Positions 1 to 13,307 of a DNA stretch of 64,000 nucleotides are shown piece after piece. Positions within the stretch are counted from its first letter, which is position 1. The number at the start of each line of letters is the position of its first letter. The stretch lies in the NCBI GenBank assembly GCA_013239625.1, contig MU053933.1:1947026-2011025 (forward strand), read 5' to 3'. The notes under the pieces were generated by a model. The model saw nothing but the letters and a program-made list of their open reading frames with translations, did not search any database and was not told where the DNA came from. Made by a program: the position numbers and the translations under genes. Origin of the DNA: Lama guanicoe (taxonomy: Eukaryota).

Positions 1-14
1 AGGCTGAGGCACTG

Positions 15-310
15 TCCCAGCCTCTCCCCCACCTTCTGGGGCTTTGCTGACCGTCTTTGGGCTTCCTTGGCTTGTAGAAGCATCACCCCAGTCTCTGCCT
101 CCATCGTCACAGGGCGTCTCCCTGCGTGCCTGTCTGCTTCCAGGTGTCCCCGTGTTGTAAGGACAGTCGTGTTGGGTTAGCGTCCACCCCAACAACCTCA
201 TTTTCACTGGATAATGTTTGCAAAGACCCTGTTTCCAGATAAGGTCAGATCCACAGGTACTGGGCGGTAGGATGCTAACATGAATTTTGGGGGACACTTA
301 AGTCCTTTAC
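15..310 (-). mobile_element. MaLR LTR (MLT1 family) fragment
   Basis: MLT1-like blocks ccttggcttgtagaagcatcaccccagtctctgcctcc, tgcaaagaccctgtttccagataaggtca and tgaattttgggggaca. Confidence 0.75.
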
Positions 311-1261
311 AGTGGGCACTAGGATCCCCTTCACAGGAGGGACACTGAGGTGTAGATCAGGGTCCCCTCTGAGGCCCCGTGCTCACAAGGAGAGGTGGGG
401 ACCCAGCTGCTCCCTCTGCAGCCCCACCTGGCGCACACACATGTCTCCTGGCCCTCCTGGGTCTGTGCGGTCGGGGGCCATGGCTGGTCCTGGCTCTGGG
501 CGTCCCCTTGAGGCCCTCGGGTCCCCTGGGACTTGGGCTGAAGGACTGGTGGTCAGGGCTGCCCTGGAGGACGCCCACCCCTCGTCCTCACAGGCCTCAG
601 AGAACTCTCGTTTTCTGTTGGGTCACGTCCTGTTTAGAGTTGCCCGGACCCCTCAGAAGCCCCTCGGTGGCCCCGGCCCAGCATCACGCCTCTGCCTGTG
701 AGCAGGTGGCGCAGTGGGGCCCTTGGTACCGGTCTGGAACCCCAGCTGTGTAACCCGTCGACCATTTGCCCGCTGGAGGTAGCGGTCAGCCCTGGCTTGT
801 CTGGTCCAGGGCCCCTCGGGTCTTGTGCACCCCCCGCGCCCACCCCTGTCGTGGGTAGCGTGACTTTTTGGCTCCAGAAGGGTGTTCCCGGGGTGGGGGG
901 GAGGCGCAGGGACACAGCGGGACTTGGAGGAAATTTATGGAATGCAAGTACCATTGCCCGCGGCTCCTTCTCAAAGGTCCTCCTCGGTATTTCCTGCCTC
1001 GCCGTCACACTGCCCTGCGCCTCCTGCTTCGGGCTGAGGGCAGATGGCAGGAGCACTGAAGTACTTCTCATCAAGAATCTCATGGTGCCCGAGCTGGCCC
1101 CGAACAGGAAGCTCCTTGAGACTTGTCGCCGGAAGTCTCTGCGTCGACAGTGGGTGCCGCGTGTGGCCTGTGGTCCTGTGGGGACACTGGACTCAGCCTG
1201 GGGAGGGTGCCAGCCGTGCGTGGGGTTCACAGCAGTCTGGAGGAAAGTGGGAAGCCGCCGC

Positions 1262-1625
1262 GTTAGTCATCTCGGCTGTCGTAACAAAGCACTGCAGACG
1301 GGGGTGTGAAGGACAGAAGTTCATTTTCTCACAGTCTGGAGGCTGGAATCCGAGACCTCGGGTCAGCAGGGTCCCCCGCGGCCTCTCTCCTGGGCGTGCA
1401 GATGGCCGTCTCCTCCTGGGGCCTCGCATGTGTCCCTCCGTGCGCCTCTGTGTCCTGATCTCCCCCTTCCACGGGGACACCAGTCAGAATTAGCACCCAC
1501 ACTGGTGGCCCCATTGTAACTTAGTCACCTCTTTAAAGGCCCCACTTCCGAATATAGTCACGTGCCGAGGTCTTGGGGGCCAGGGCTTTGACCTGTGGGT
1601 TTTGGGAACACAGTTCAGCCCATGA
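1262..1625 (-). mobile_element. MaLR LTR (MLT1A-like)
   Basis: ctgtcgtaacaaagcac...ttctcacagtctggaggctggaatcc...cagatggccgtctcctc...ggaacacagttcagcccat. Confidence 0.75.
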
Positions 1626-4594
1626 AGCCACCTTTTTTTTTTTTGAAGAGCAGCGTAGAGGCTGATGGTGACACTGCGGACCCCCACGGGTCAGGCAGTG
1701 CCCCTCTGACGAGCAGGACGTCTCGTTCTGGGTGGGCCCGTGAGGCCGCCGTCTGGGACCCTTCTTGATAGCTCGCGGGCCCCGCCCCCGCTCACAGCTG
1801 GCCCTGGCACAGCCCAGGAGGTGTGGCCGCGAAAGCTTCGGCTTTCCCCAGGCCCCACGGGTTTCCAGGGGACACACGGATGGTGATTGCGTTTCATTGA
1901 GTTACCCTTTTAGCCATTTTTAAACACGGTTCGGTGGTGACGAGGACAGTCCATTGCCCTGCAGCCCCCAGCAGGGTCAGTTCCAGGACTCCTCGTTGCC
2001 CCAGACACTGCCACACCGCCCAGCAGCTGCCTGCCTGCCCAGAGGACTTTTTGACTCTGGGCAGACATGGGTTTTGGATCCTGGAAACCCCTCCGAAGCT
2101 GGTGCACAGAGCAGAAACCCAGAGAGAGGCCGCGTGGCCGGCCGTCGGGCCCCAGCTCTGCGCTGACCGCAGTGGGGCCTCGGCCAGCTCCCGGAGCACG
2201 TCCGGCCTCTCCCCACCCATCCGTGAGCCCGGCAGCGGCGCCTGGTGCGGAGGAGGGTGGTGACGCCTGGCGGCGGGGGCACTGCCTGACGGCCACGCGC
2301 TCCCTAGAGCCGGCCAGGGCTGGGCATGACCCACGGTGCCTGCAGGGGGTCCCCACGTCGGAGCTGGAGCTCCTGCTGGCTGTAAAGACTGGCCCTGCAG
2401 AAGCCACCTGAGACGGGGTCCAGTGACGTAAGGAGGAGGGGCTCCAAGCATGGCAGGTTTGAGGTGCTTGCTGGATCCTGGGCTCTGGAGGCTGACTTAG
2501 CCTCAGGATTCCTCACCCCTACCCTGTCCACCAGTCTGGGACACAGGTTTCCAGGTGCCTCTTTGCCCAGACGGGAGCCACAGTGATGGCTCCTGGAGCA
2601 TCCTCGGGGGGATGGGTGGGTTGGGGTGTGGCACAGAAAGACGAAGGAGCTGGGAGGGCATCTGTGAGAGCGTCACCCCCCAGGAGCCCTTGGCCCACGT
2701 GTCCCCAGCTGGGACCTCCTGGTCCCCTCACCTGCCCCGCTGCTCCTGCAGGGCCGGGCCAGCACTCGGGTCTGGGGCCCAGGCAGGTAACAGCCAGTGT
2801 CACAGTCGTGGCTCTCTCTGGCGGAGGAAGCTGGTCTCTGGAGCCCTGTCGGGGGTGTTGTGGGGGATTTCCAGCCAGGCACCAGCGCTCATGAAGGTGC
2901 TAGATGGTTCTGGAAGGTTGGTCCTGTCAAGTGAGTCGCCTCGGAGCTCAGAGAGGGAGACACTGCCCCAGTATCTCGGGTCCCTGGCTGTGCCTTGTGG
3001 GGACCCAGCCACACCAGGCTCCCCGAGGGAGGGCAGAGGGCAAGACCCCCCCAGACCGGCCCCACGTACTGCAGGCAGGCGCCCGTCTGTGACGGGTCAT
3101 TGTGTGTGTCGCCTGTGCCCTGGGGCACCCAGATGAAACAGGGTTTCTGGGGATGTCTGAGGCTGTGTCCTCACAGCATCTGAGTCAGTGGGGTATCTGC
3201 CCTCTTCCTCAGCAACCCCAGCAAACAGATGGAAGGACCACGTGGAGCCCTCGGCCCAGACGTGGAGCGACCCCCTTGCTGGCCAGGTCCCAGGACATCG
3301 GGGCTCAGCCCCACGCCCCGCTGGGTGGGGCTGCCCGGCCCCCGCGGGCCTCCCCAGAGGCTGAGCTGGGTGAGGAAGGACTTCAGGCTGTGAGGTGGGC
3401 GGTGGGGAGCACTGCCCTCGCCGAGGAGGGCACCCGCCCAGAACAGCGGTGCTGGCCGTGCTGCCCTGATGGACATGGCGATGGTCCTTCCCCAGGAGAA
3501 GGTCCCAACAGGGAAGAGCCCAGGGGTGACGGCTGCACAGGGAGTTGAGGGCAGCAGGCCCGGGGCTCCTTCGACAGCCGAGCTGCCCACACTTCCTGGG
3601 CCCAAGCCCGCCACTGTGGGAGGGGCACGGCCAAGCTCCCGGAGGCTGAGGACGAGCGCGGCACGGCCACCCGAAGTGGCCACACGCCATGCGGACGCGT
3701 CTCAGGGCACGCGGGCTGTGTGGCCCTGGCGCTCCCAGCCTTTCCCACGTTCCTGCCGGGACTTCGGGCCCGTGACCCTCGGGTGCCCCTTGGTGCTTTC
3801 TCAAGGGGCATTTGCGTAAAGTTCCCACCCAACCCCGTTACTGGCAGCGGGGTTGTCTGCAGTGTTCCTGATTGAAATCACGTTAGGAAGAACATGTTGG
3901 CCCTGAAGACCTTTCCCTCAGGGCTTTTTCTCAGAAAGGGGGTTGCAGGATGGCAGGGTGGAAGGCTTCCCGCGGTGGAAGCCACTCTTCTGTGGACGAC
4001 TCCAGCGTGATGGGCCAGGACCTGGCCTGCTGGTGCCCTGCGGGGCTGGGCGTCCTCAGACTGGGCAAGAGCGTCCCAGGGCCTTGCCTGGGGCTTCTGC
4101 AGAGATGCCCACCTCCCGGGCAGCCCCACACCAGGCCGCTCTGCCGTGGCCGTGGCCGGAGCCCCCGAGGCACACTTCCCGTCCACTCCCCCGGCCGGGG
4201 TGGGTCACACACTGGGGTCGGCTGCCTCTTAGGCAGAGGCCCCCCTTTCACTGAAATAGTCCGAAAGGAGTCAGGTCGGAACACGCTCGGGCCGCGGGCT
4301 GGTAAGTGGAAGTGGTGCCTCCAGGAAGGAGCTGGGGCGGACAGTGCCTGTCAGGGCCCGCCCACCCGCCTTGGGGAGCTCCGTGCTGGAAGCTGAACTA
4401 AAGGTGTCGGTGTCTTCAGCAGCCGACTGCCCTCCCCCTCACTGGTGACGCTGCCGGGCGCTGCCTGTTACCCCGCACCCCCCAAAGGTCTGCAGAGCAC
4501 GGGCCACGAGGGAGCGGCTGACACCGCCGTGCAGGGCACAGCCAGACACGGCTGCTTCTCTGTGGGAGGAGACATTCGTCCCAGACCCTGCAGA

Positions 4595-4975
4595 GGGTGG
4601 AATTTTCACCCTCTCCCAAAGATACACCCACCTGGACCCACAGAATGTAGCTTTTTTTGGAAGTAGGGTCTTGGCAAAGGTGATTAAATTAAAGATCTTG
4701 GGATGTGATCGTCCTGGATTACTGGGGTCAGCCCTAAGCCCAGTGGCAGGTGTCCCTGTAAGAAACGCACGGGGAGGGGAGGAGGGCACGCGCTGTCGCA
4801 GGCGGAGAGTGGGGTGACGTGGCCACAAGCCAAGGAGGCTGGGCCACCAGGAGCTGGGGGAGGGGCGGGCTGCCCCTGGGTCTCCAGAAGCAGCTGGCTC
4901 TGCTGGCTTCTGGTCTCCTGAATGTGGGAGGGTGAGTGATTGCCGTCTTAAGCCGTCCTGGCAGCTCCAGGGAAC
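4595..4975 (+). mobile_element. MaLR LTR (MLT1 family)
   Basis: gaatgtagcttttttggaagtagggtcttggcaaaggtgattaaattaaagatcttg...gccacaagccaagga...ccaccaggagctgg. Confidence 0.7.
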
Positions 4976-7469
4976 GGATGCCACAGCAGGTACAGACCCA
5001 AACTCCCAGGGCGTGAGCTGGCCTCTCTTCAGATTGCAAGTGTCCACTCGCGCGTGTTAATTCCCCAGTTCTCACAAAGCAGCGCGTCCCAGGGGCTGCT
5101 CATCACAGAATCCCTGGAATCTTCCTGAAAAGCAGGCTGATTCAGTGTCTGGGTGGCTGAGACTGCATTTCCCACTGGTTCCGGGGGTCTCTGTGCAGAT
5201 GGGCTCTGGACTAGGAGTGGCCGGGAACGAACCCAGCTGTCCCCACCTCCGACTCATCTGGAAGCTTTCCAAAGTGACCCTTTGGGGACACACCTGCACT
5301 GCCCTGGTTGGATTGTCCGGGGTGTGGCCTGGGCAGTGGATGTCAACAGCTCCCTGGAGTCACCTCCGCACAGCCAGGCTGGGCTCAGTCCTGACACTGA
5401 GGATGGCGGGTGCCCAGCTGCACCTGCAGGGCAGTGTCCCCAGGGGAGCAGTGAGCAGTCATCAGAGGGAGGGGCCTCTCCCAGGGTCTTCTAGAACCAG
5501 CCAAAGGAGCCTGACCCCCAGCTGGAGCACAGCCGAGGCCACAGGAGGGCAAGGGCCTGACCCCGAAGCCGAGGGGTGCAGGTCAGACGGAGGAGGTGGG
5601 CACCATGGGCGGCCCCCTGGTCGGGTTTCCCCTCCCCGGGCCCACGGGGCCCACAGGCTGTGTACGGAGTTCATGGGTCTGCGGGGTCCTGAGCCAGGTG
5701 AGGCCTGAGGAGGGCTGGGGTCACCGCACGGGGACCGGACCCTGTCAGCGCGGTTTGCAGTGTGATCACTGCTGAGTGCGGGGACGGGCAGACTCTTGCC
5801 TTGCCCGCGGCCACCCGGGGTGGGATCCCCTCCTGGACGGCTCCTCTGGGTGACGTCAGAGCAAGATCTCCCGTCTGCCCCAGCTGCTGCACTTGGACAG
5901 CGGTAATGTCCTCTGTTGCGAAACAAAGACTTTCATCTCCGCCCAAACCCGCGCAGGGAGCGGGGCAGCCTCCCTGACCTGATCCCCGAGCCTCTGACGC
6001 ACCCATCATGGAGGGGTGCCCGCTGTGCCGAGAGGCCGCGCCAACCCCCCACCCCCGCACACCCCTCTCCCCGGTGCTCAGAGCTGGTGGCCGCACCGTC
6101 CCGACTCCAGCACGGGGTGGCAGCAGCCTCGGTCTCTCCATGTCCTCACAGCGATGGGGAGGAAAACCCAGAGGCAGATGCAGAGGAAATGCCTCCTTCC
6201 TGAAGGATTTCAGACCCCAGGGGTCACATCAATGCCGTCTGTGTGGAGTGACCTAGGACAGCCTGTCCTCAGAGCCATGCAGTGACTCACGAGGAAGCTG
6301 ACAGCCAGACCATTGTGCCACGCAGGCTGGCGAGACCACCCTTCCCGGGATGCCCGCCCTCCCTGCAGTGGGGTCCTGGGCTGGGGCCACCCGGCTCAGA
6401 GTGGGGCCCCCACAAGCCTGGGGAGGGCGAGGGGATGTTTCAGACCCCAGGTCCTAGGTCCAGCACCGTGTTGGCCACTTCCAACAGCTGCTGCCCTGGG
6501 CCCTGTGCATCTGGTCACCCTGCACAGCACTGTGTGCCCCTCAGGCTCCCGGCCCTTTGTCACCAGCCAGCACCAGCTTGGCTCTACTCCGTCCCACCTC
6601 CACCTGCAGGAGTGATGGGCTGCCAGTCACCTCCAGAGAGAAGTCATCCCTCCAGAAAGTGGGGTGACAGAGCCATGGGGCAAGCAGGCAGAGGCTCCTC
6701 AGTGAGCTGTCCCACGGACCCCCTTCTCCCCAACCTCAGCAGGGGCACCCAGGTAGGGCCCACTTCTGGGAGGAGCCAGATGGGCCCAGGCCCACCTGCA
6801 CCAGGGGAACAGCCGGGTGGGAGGCCCGGCCGCAGGCCACCGCTGGGCAGGGGTGCCAATCAGAGTGTCTGCCCCCTTGACCACACCCCCTTGCCAGGTG
6901 CCCAGGGGTGGCTGCAGTTGCGACCATGTCCTGGTCCTACGACTGCCATCTGCCCAGCCCCACAGGCCCCTCCAGGTTTGGGACGAGCTAAGTAACAGAG
7001 CTAAGGATGGACAGCCAGGGCCGCAGGTCACGGGGTGGACGAGGAGGCTGCTGCCCCTGGACAGAAGTGGAGAGAAAGCCCCGGAACTTCTGGACCGCAG
7101 GTGGCTGGCCCTGCGCGTCCCAGGCCACAAGTCAGCCTCGCTCAGAGCCGGCCGCAGAGGCCGCGGTCCCAGGCAATATTGAGGAAGTGCCGGGGGCCGG
7201 TGGGTGGTGGGGCCCAACTTTCAGGATGACGGAGCAGGCAGCTTTCAGACTCAGAGGACAGAGCGGAAGCGCCCACGCCACCCCCGTGGTGGCCCGGCCG
7301 GACCCTGTTCCCCTTTCACCCGAGCCTCCCCCCTTCACAGGCGGGACACGTGGCCGTGGGGACAGGAATGGTGTGGCTGAGACCTCTCTCCAGAAAGGAC
7401 CCTGGTGTCCGAGACAGACATCAGTTTGAAGTTTTCTTCAGTGCTTTGTGAACGCTTTTTTCTGAACCA

Positions 7470-8125
7470 GTATTTCCTTTTTTAAAAGTCGTGGTTAAGT
7501 ATGCATAATGTAGAAGTTACCGTCTTGCTCATTTTCAGGTGCACTGCTCAGTGCCATTAAGTGCATTCACACTGCTGTGCAACCATCGCCACCATCCCCC
7601 TCCAGAGTTCCCATCTTCCAAACTGAAGCCCTGTCCCCTTCAGGACTGACTCCCCCCCACTCCCCCGCCCCCCGCCCCACCCCCCGCTTTCTTCCTCCCG
7701 GAGGTCCCCCCCCCCCGGATGGATGGCACAGTATTTGTCCTTTTGTGTCTGGCTTATTTCACTGAGCATGCTGTCCTCAAGATTCATCCATGCTGCAGTG
7801 TGTGACAGAGTCCCCTTCCTGTCCCGCTGTGTGCATGGACCGCTTTGTCCACCCCCGGCCGCCGCGCATAGCCCCGCCGTGCGCATGGGCGTGCAGACCG
7901 CCGTGCGAGGCCCTGCTTTCACTCCTTTGGGGTCTGTACCTGGGAAGTGGAACTGCTGGGTCATATGGCAGTCCTATTTTTAATGTTCTGAGGAAACTCC
8001 ATACTGTTTTCCACTGTAGCTACACCATTTCACGTCTTCACCAGCAGTTCCAGTTTTCCCGCATCCTCACCGCCGCTGTGTTTCCGTTTCTGCTTAGTTC
8101 TTACGTCGCTGCCATCATCATGGGG
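7470..8125 (-). mobile_element. Old LINE-1 3' end (L1MB-like)
   Basis: cattaagtgcattcacactgctgtgcaaccatc, tttgtccttttgtgtctggcttatttcactgagcatg and tgaggaaactccatactgttttcca. The minus-strand peptide 'WMNLEDSMLSEISQTQKDKYC' is the L1 ORF2 C-terminus. Confidence 0.88.
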
Positions 8126-10249
8126 GTGTTTTGTGAGGTATCGAGGAAGTCTGAAGACTCGCAGGGCACATGCCTACATCCTCTCGCCCAGGAGAACAGT
8201 GAGCAAGCTCTCTCAGCTCGCTCCATACTGACAGGTGTATTACAAGCAGGCTGCAGACAGGGGGACGCTGGATCGATCCGTCACACACTTCTGGGATGAG
8301 GAGATTGCCACCACGACGACCTTGCCGCCTCAGCGCATCCATCCCCTCAGACACCCGCCAGAGTGCGTGCTGGGGCCACAGCCAGCCCCTAGGCCGCACT
8401 CTCTTCTTGACAGCACTTCCTTGGCTGTGGACCGTGTCCCACGCTCTGCACCTGTCTCGCTGACTCCCCATGGTCTCCAGCTCTCCAGCTGTCCCCTTCC
8501 TGGTGTCCTGTGACCTGGAGGTTGGGTCTAGAGGGGCTGTTAAGGTTAAGGACGACCCCTTAACCTTAACTTCACCCCTAGGAGGCACATTTGTGGCTGC
8601 CACGCCGGAGGGGGTGCCGTTCCACGGCCTGCACTGTGCAGGGCGGCCCGCACTGCACACAGGTGTCCCGCCCCAAGTACCAGCTGCGCTGCGGAGGAGG
8701 CCGGGGTCTGGAGGTTGCCGAACTCTGGGGCCAACGCCTCTGGGCAGGTCATTCCAACCAAGAGCCCCAAGTGCTCACGCATCGGCAGGAGGGCGGGACA
8801 CCGCCCCCCACTGCGACCTCCTGGGCAAGGGGCACCTGTGATCGGTCCTGGTGCAGGCGCATTTCCCCGGCAAATCCTAAGTCACGTGGGGCGCCCTGCT
8901 CTGGCCCCGCTGGATTCCTGGTCCCAGGACCCCCTCACCTGGTGGCTTCCGCGGCCTCCAGTCCCAGGAGCGGCCAGCGGTCGCACCCGGGCTGCCCGTG
9001 GTGGCGCGCTGACCTCGCCGACGACTCTGCGTTTAGTGGCTGACGTTCCTCCGTAAAGAAAAGCCTCCCGGGTCCCCTTCCTCCCAGTCTCCTTTGCTTC
9101 TCCTTTGTTTAGATTCTGTCGTAGGTTCTGAATCTCTCTGGGTCTGTGGGTTTTCATTTATTGAAAGTGTGACTGTGATTAAGCTGTTATTCTGCTTAAC
9201 GCGCAGACTGTCTACAAGCAGCCGCTGGGCTGTCCTCCCGGCCGTCCCGGGGGGCTCGCACCTTCCTTCCAGCCTCACCTGTGCTCCCCTCTTGGGCTCA
9301 GGACCACCACCTTCCTGTTCCTTTCGGGAGGGAGTGGGATTTTGAAACCGGGGCCCAAGCAAGACCGAACTAGCCTAGAGCACAGAACACGGAGTGAGGA
9401 GGCCCGCGGCTGGGCAGGTGCACGTCGGCGTCGCCCGCGCAGTGTGCCGTCGGGAGGCCTTTTAACCGCGTCTCTTGTCTGCCTGTGTCACCTTTTCCTT
9501 GCACAGAAACTCTCGGTTTCTAAGAACTTCTCGCTATTACTCAGTTGCCTCACCTCACAAAGCCTGGGCTTCGCAAATCTCAGCCTCGACGTCAGGCGCC
9601 CAGGAGGACTCGGGTTTCCCTGTGGTTCCGCGCGCTCAGCGGCGGCCCCTCCCGGAAGCTTCTCGCTGTTCCTCTTCTCCGAGGGGGTCTGTCATCATCT
9701 GAAGAATATTTGAAATTCAGCCCTGTTTCCCCAAAATACTGAAAGTAATGCTTTGCACACAGACAGCTTTCAAATCTTGGAAGTATTTTGAAGTTCCTGT
9801 AGTATTTTAGGATGCAGTACCTTGCCCAGCCCCCACCCCAGACTAGGGTGGGCTCGGCCAGGCCCACTGGCCCCACAGCGCCCCTCCCTGGGCCGCCTCA
9901 GGCTCCCACGTGATTCTGGTGCACCTTCACCCGTGACCATGACCCTGACCCCACTGTCACCAGAGTGCATCCCTGTCTCGACAGCTCCTCCAATGGGTGG
10001 GCTGTCCCAGGTGCTGCAGCCCGGCCCCCAGCCCGGGCTGACCCGCGTCCCGGTGCCCCGGCTGCATGCCCAGTGCCAGCGTCTCGGCAGCGCAACCTGC
10101 TGCTTTCTGGTCAGCAGGAGCAGGCGGGTGCTGGGGCTCTCTCCCCGCTCGCTGCACACTTCCCCTTGGGGCGCCCCCCTGCTGATTAGGCAGTCAGGCC
10201 CACAGGACAGAGGTGGGGCTGGCGTGGGGCTGGCTTCTCTCTGAACAAC

Positions 10250-10400
10250 CTCCATCCTACTCACTGTGTGGCCTGGGGCAAGCTGTCCACCTCTCTGGGC
10301 CTCAACCTCCCCACCTGTGAAGCAGGGAGAATAAGGAAGCAGCTTTTTGAGGCATTTCAGGGGAGTCAGGTGGGCGCTGCAGGCAGGGGACGTGGAAGCA
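10250..10400 (+). mobile_element. MIR SINE fragment
   Basis: MIR core-like ctgtgtggcctggggcaagctgtccacctctctgggcctcaacctccccacctgtgaagcaggga. Confidence 0.6.
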
Positions 10401-13262
10401 GCCAGCTGGGACCCTGGCATGGGAGGATGTGACTGGGACGTGAGGAAGTGGACTCCATGGGACCAGACAGGGTTTGCTCACGTCCAAATGTGCAGGGATC
10501 CACCACCGCCGCCTGTGAGAGGACACCAGCCCCAGGCCAAGGGTGTGCCCACCGGGAGGGGGACGGAGCTGAGGCACAGGCGAGAGGGAGCCGGGCAGGC
10601 GGCTGATGGGGCCGGGAGGGAGTCGGCGTCCAGGTGCGAGCACAGGAGGGCCACGGGTCTATCCGGTGCCCCTGGGGCACCACACGGGCTCAGAGCAGGG
10701 AAGGACGCAGTGAAGTGGCGTCTAGAGAGTCACCTCGCTGCCCACGGAGGGGCCCGGGTAGGGTGGCCCAGCTGAGGTCAGCGGAGCCGAGGAGGCCGAC
10801 CTGCGGAAGTCTGGGCTCCGGGGGAGATGGGGGCTGGGTCCTCGCCAAGGGACCCCTGAGATGACATCAGGGCGTTTGTAGACACGGATTTTGGAGTTTT
10901 CCCTGGAGAAGGGGCAGCAGGCTGCTGTGGGGGGGGGGCGCAGACCCTCAAGGCGCCAGGGCTGGGGTCAGACAGGACCCCAACCGTCTGGGGGCCCAGG
11001 AGGAGAGGATGCTGAGGCTGGAGTGGCCCGGCGGGTGTCCGTATTGCATGGACTCTGGTTAGTGGGGTCCATGTGGGCCCTGCGGTGACCCTGTCTGAGG
11101 GGACCCTGGTCCCCAGGGCAGGGCCAGAGCCAGGAAGGGCGGGGTACAGCAGAGGACCTGGTGGTGGGCCGCTCATGAGGACACGCTGACGACGGCCTTC
11201 CCTGGGTGACGGTGCGATCCTGGGCTTCTCTCCTGGTGGATGGTTCTTAAGAGGGAGGTCAGGGTCCCCCGCCCTCTCTTCAGGCCCAAGGCCTCCACCC
11301 AGTGACAGAAGCCTGCAGGGGAAGTGAATGGAAGCCCTGAGCCCCAGCCACGCGGGAGCTGCTTGCTCTCCGGAGTCCACAGGCGGCCCAGGCCCAGGGA
11401 CACCCCTCGTTTGCATTCGGGGCGTGATCCCCCCATTGTTGGCACGCTGTCGGGGTGTGACCCCCCCACTGCATCCCTGGAGCCCCGCTCCGTCTGCCGC
11501 TGGACTTGTCATCACAGGACAGCCGCTGTCCCCGTGCTCAACCTCTGACCTCGCAGGGCAGGACGTCTAGGACAAGAGCAACTTCTACTGTCACTGTCTC
11601 TGGGTGTGGCCCCTGTGGGCCTGTCCCCACCATCCCCCCGCGGGGCCCCCCTGCTCCAGACCTCCTCCATCACATGCCCTGCTGAGCTTCCCCAGCTCTC
11701 ACCGCCAGAGCCCTCCTTCCTCGCCGCCCAGCCCCTACGCACTTGAACCTCCTACACCCACGGGTTGCGGGGGTGGGAGTCCTCATGCTCCAGACAGCAT
11801 CCCCACCACCCCCACCCCCCACCCCCGGCATCACGGTCCCTCCTCAGAGGGCGACCAGCTCTTGGGCCCTCAGGTCTGTGGACCATGCCCACGTCTGACT
11901 GTGGCTGCGAGACTGAGGTCAGAGGTCGGAGGCCGGCACCAGGCGGGAGGGCGAGGCCCGTGGAGGCTGCATCCATGGGCCCTCTGGTATCACAGGGGCC
12001 AGCAGCCCCACGTCCCTGCAGCCCCAGGCTCTCGGAGGAGCTGAGCCGAGCTCAGGACCTCAGGAGTCCCTGCTGGGCTCCACCGGCCTGGCCTGGGGCT
12101 GACTTCTTGTTAATTGTGGTCTGGGACTTTCCTGGTCAGGCTCCTTGCCACGGAGACACTCCAGGGGAAACCCCGGTGAAAGTGGAGTCACCAGGTCAGC
12201 CGGCGGCGGAGGAGAGCGCAGGCCAAGCCAGCGCCCTGGGGGAGCCCCGCCGTGTCAGAGGAATGGCAGGCAGAGCCCGCTCTCCCGGCTCACGCCCGCA
12301 GAGGGCCCATCTCACCAGGCTGCATCCGGACCCACCATGCATGACCCCTGGCCTCTGAGCTCAGCTGCTCTGTTCCTTCCAGGCACCTCTGCCCCAGGGC
12401 CTTTGCACTGGCTGTTCCTCTGCCTGGAGGGCTCCTTCCAAGCTATGCTCACCTCAGGCCCAGAGAGGGGCCTGGAGCAGAGTGGATGCCAATCTGGGCT
12501 TGGATATAGATCAGCGAACAGTAGCACAGACCTCCTTGGGGCTGAGGAGGGAGAGCAGACCTCCAAGGGAAGGGGTGTCAGGACCGTGGCACATGTAGGT
12601 GGTCCCAGGTCTTAATAGGCTAGAATTAGGGTCTGGGACCAGGCGGCCGGAGTGGGGAAGCTGAGGGGAGGAGACACCATGAGGTCAAGGTCACCAGCTG
12701 ATAAGAGGGAGGAAGACCTCAGCACGCCTCCCAGGGACGTGCCCACCCCCTCCAGGCCGCTGCCCCCAGCTAGGGTCCCACGGGGCCCCACTGTCTGGGC
12801 TGCAGGACACCCCTCTGCTCGGGAATTCCACCTCCTTCTCACCCGACACACAAGGCTTCTGTGCCTGTGGTCCCGGGAAAGAGGCTCCGACTGGCCGGGG
12901 GCGGCCGCACTGCCGCTCTGCTCGGGCACAGATGAAGGCCTAGAAAGGTGTGACGCAAGGTGCTCGGGGAAGGCGCCTGGCGCCCCCAGTCCTGGGGCGG
13001 AGTGGGCAGTCCCCCAGTCCTGGGGTGAGGCGGGAGCCGGCCTGGCTGGGGGCCCCTCACCGCCCCTGCGGGGGCGGCCTCATCCCACCCTGCCCCACCC
13101 GCAGAAGCAGGGCTCTGTGGCTGCAGGGCGGGCTGGTGACGGTCAGCAGGGCCGGGGACACGTGTCCGGCACGACGCTGCCTGTCAGACTTGGACTCGGG
13201 AGAAAGAAATCCCCTTTCCTCCTTGAGCTAAAATAAGCCTCTTGCAAATGTCGGGAGGGAGC

Positions 13263-13307
13263 GGGACTTTGCTGGGACTTTCCTGGGAAGCAGCCGGGGG
13301 ACTTGCC
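13263..13307. promoter_or_regulatory. Cluster of NF-kB-like sites
   Basis: GGGACTTTGC (13263), GGGACTTTCC (13274, canonical) and GGGACTTGCC (13298). Confidence 0.4.

Noticed and set aside
11417..11472. 33-bp-period short duplication (tcgggg(c/t)gtga(t/c)ccccca)
   Set aside because: Two short imperfect copies with no associated signal.
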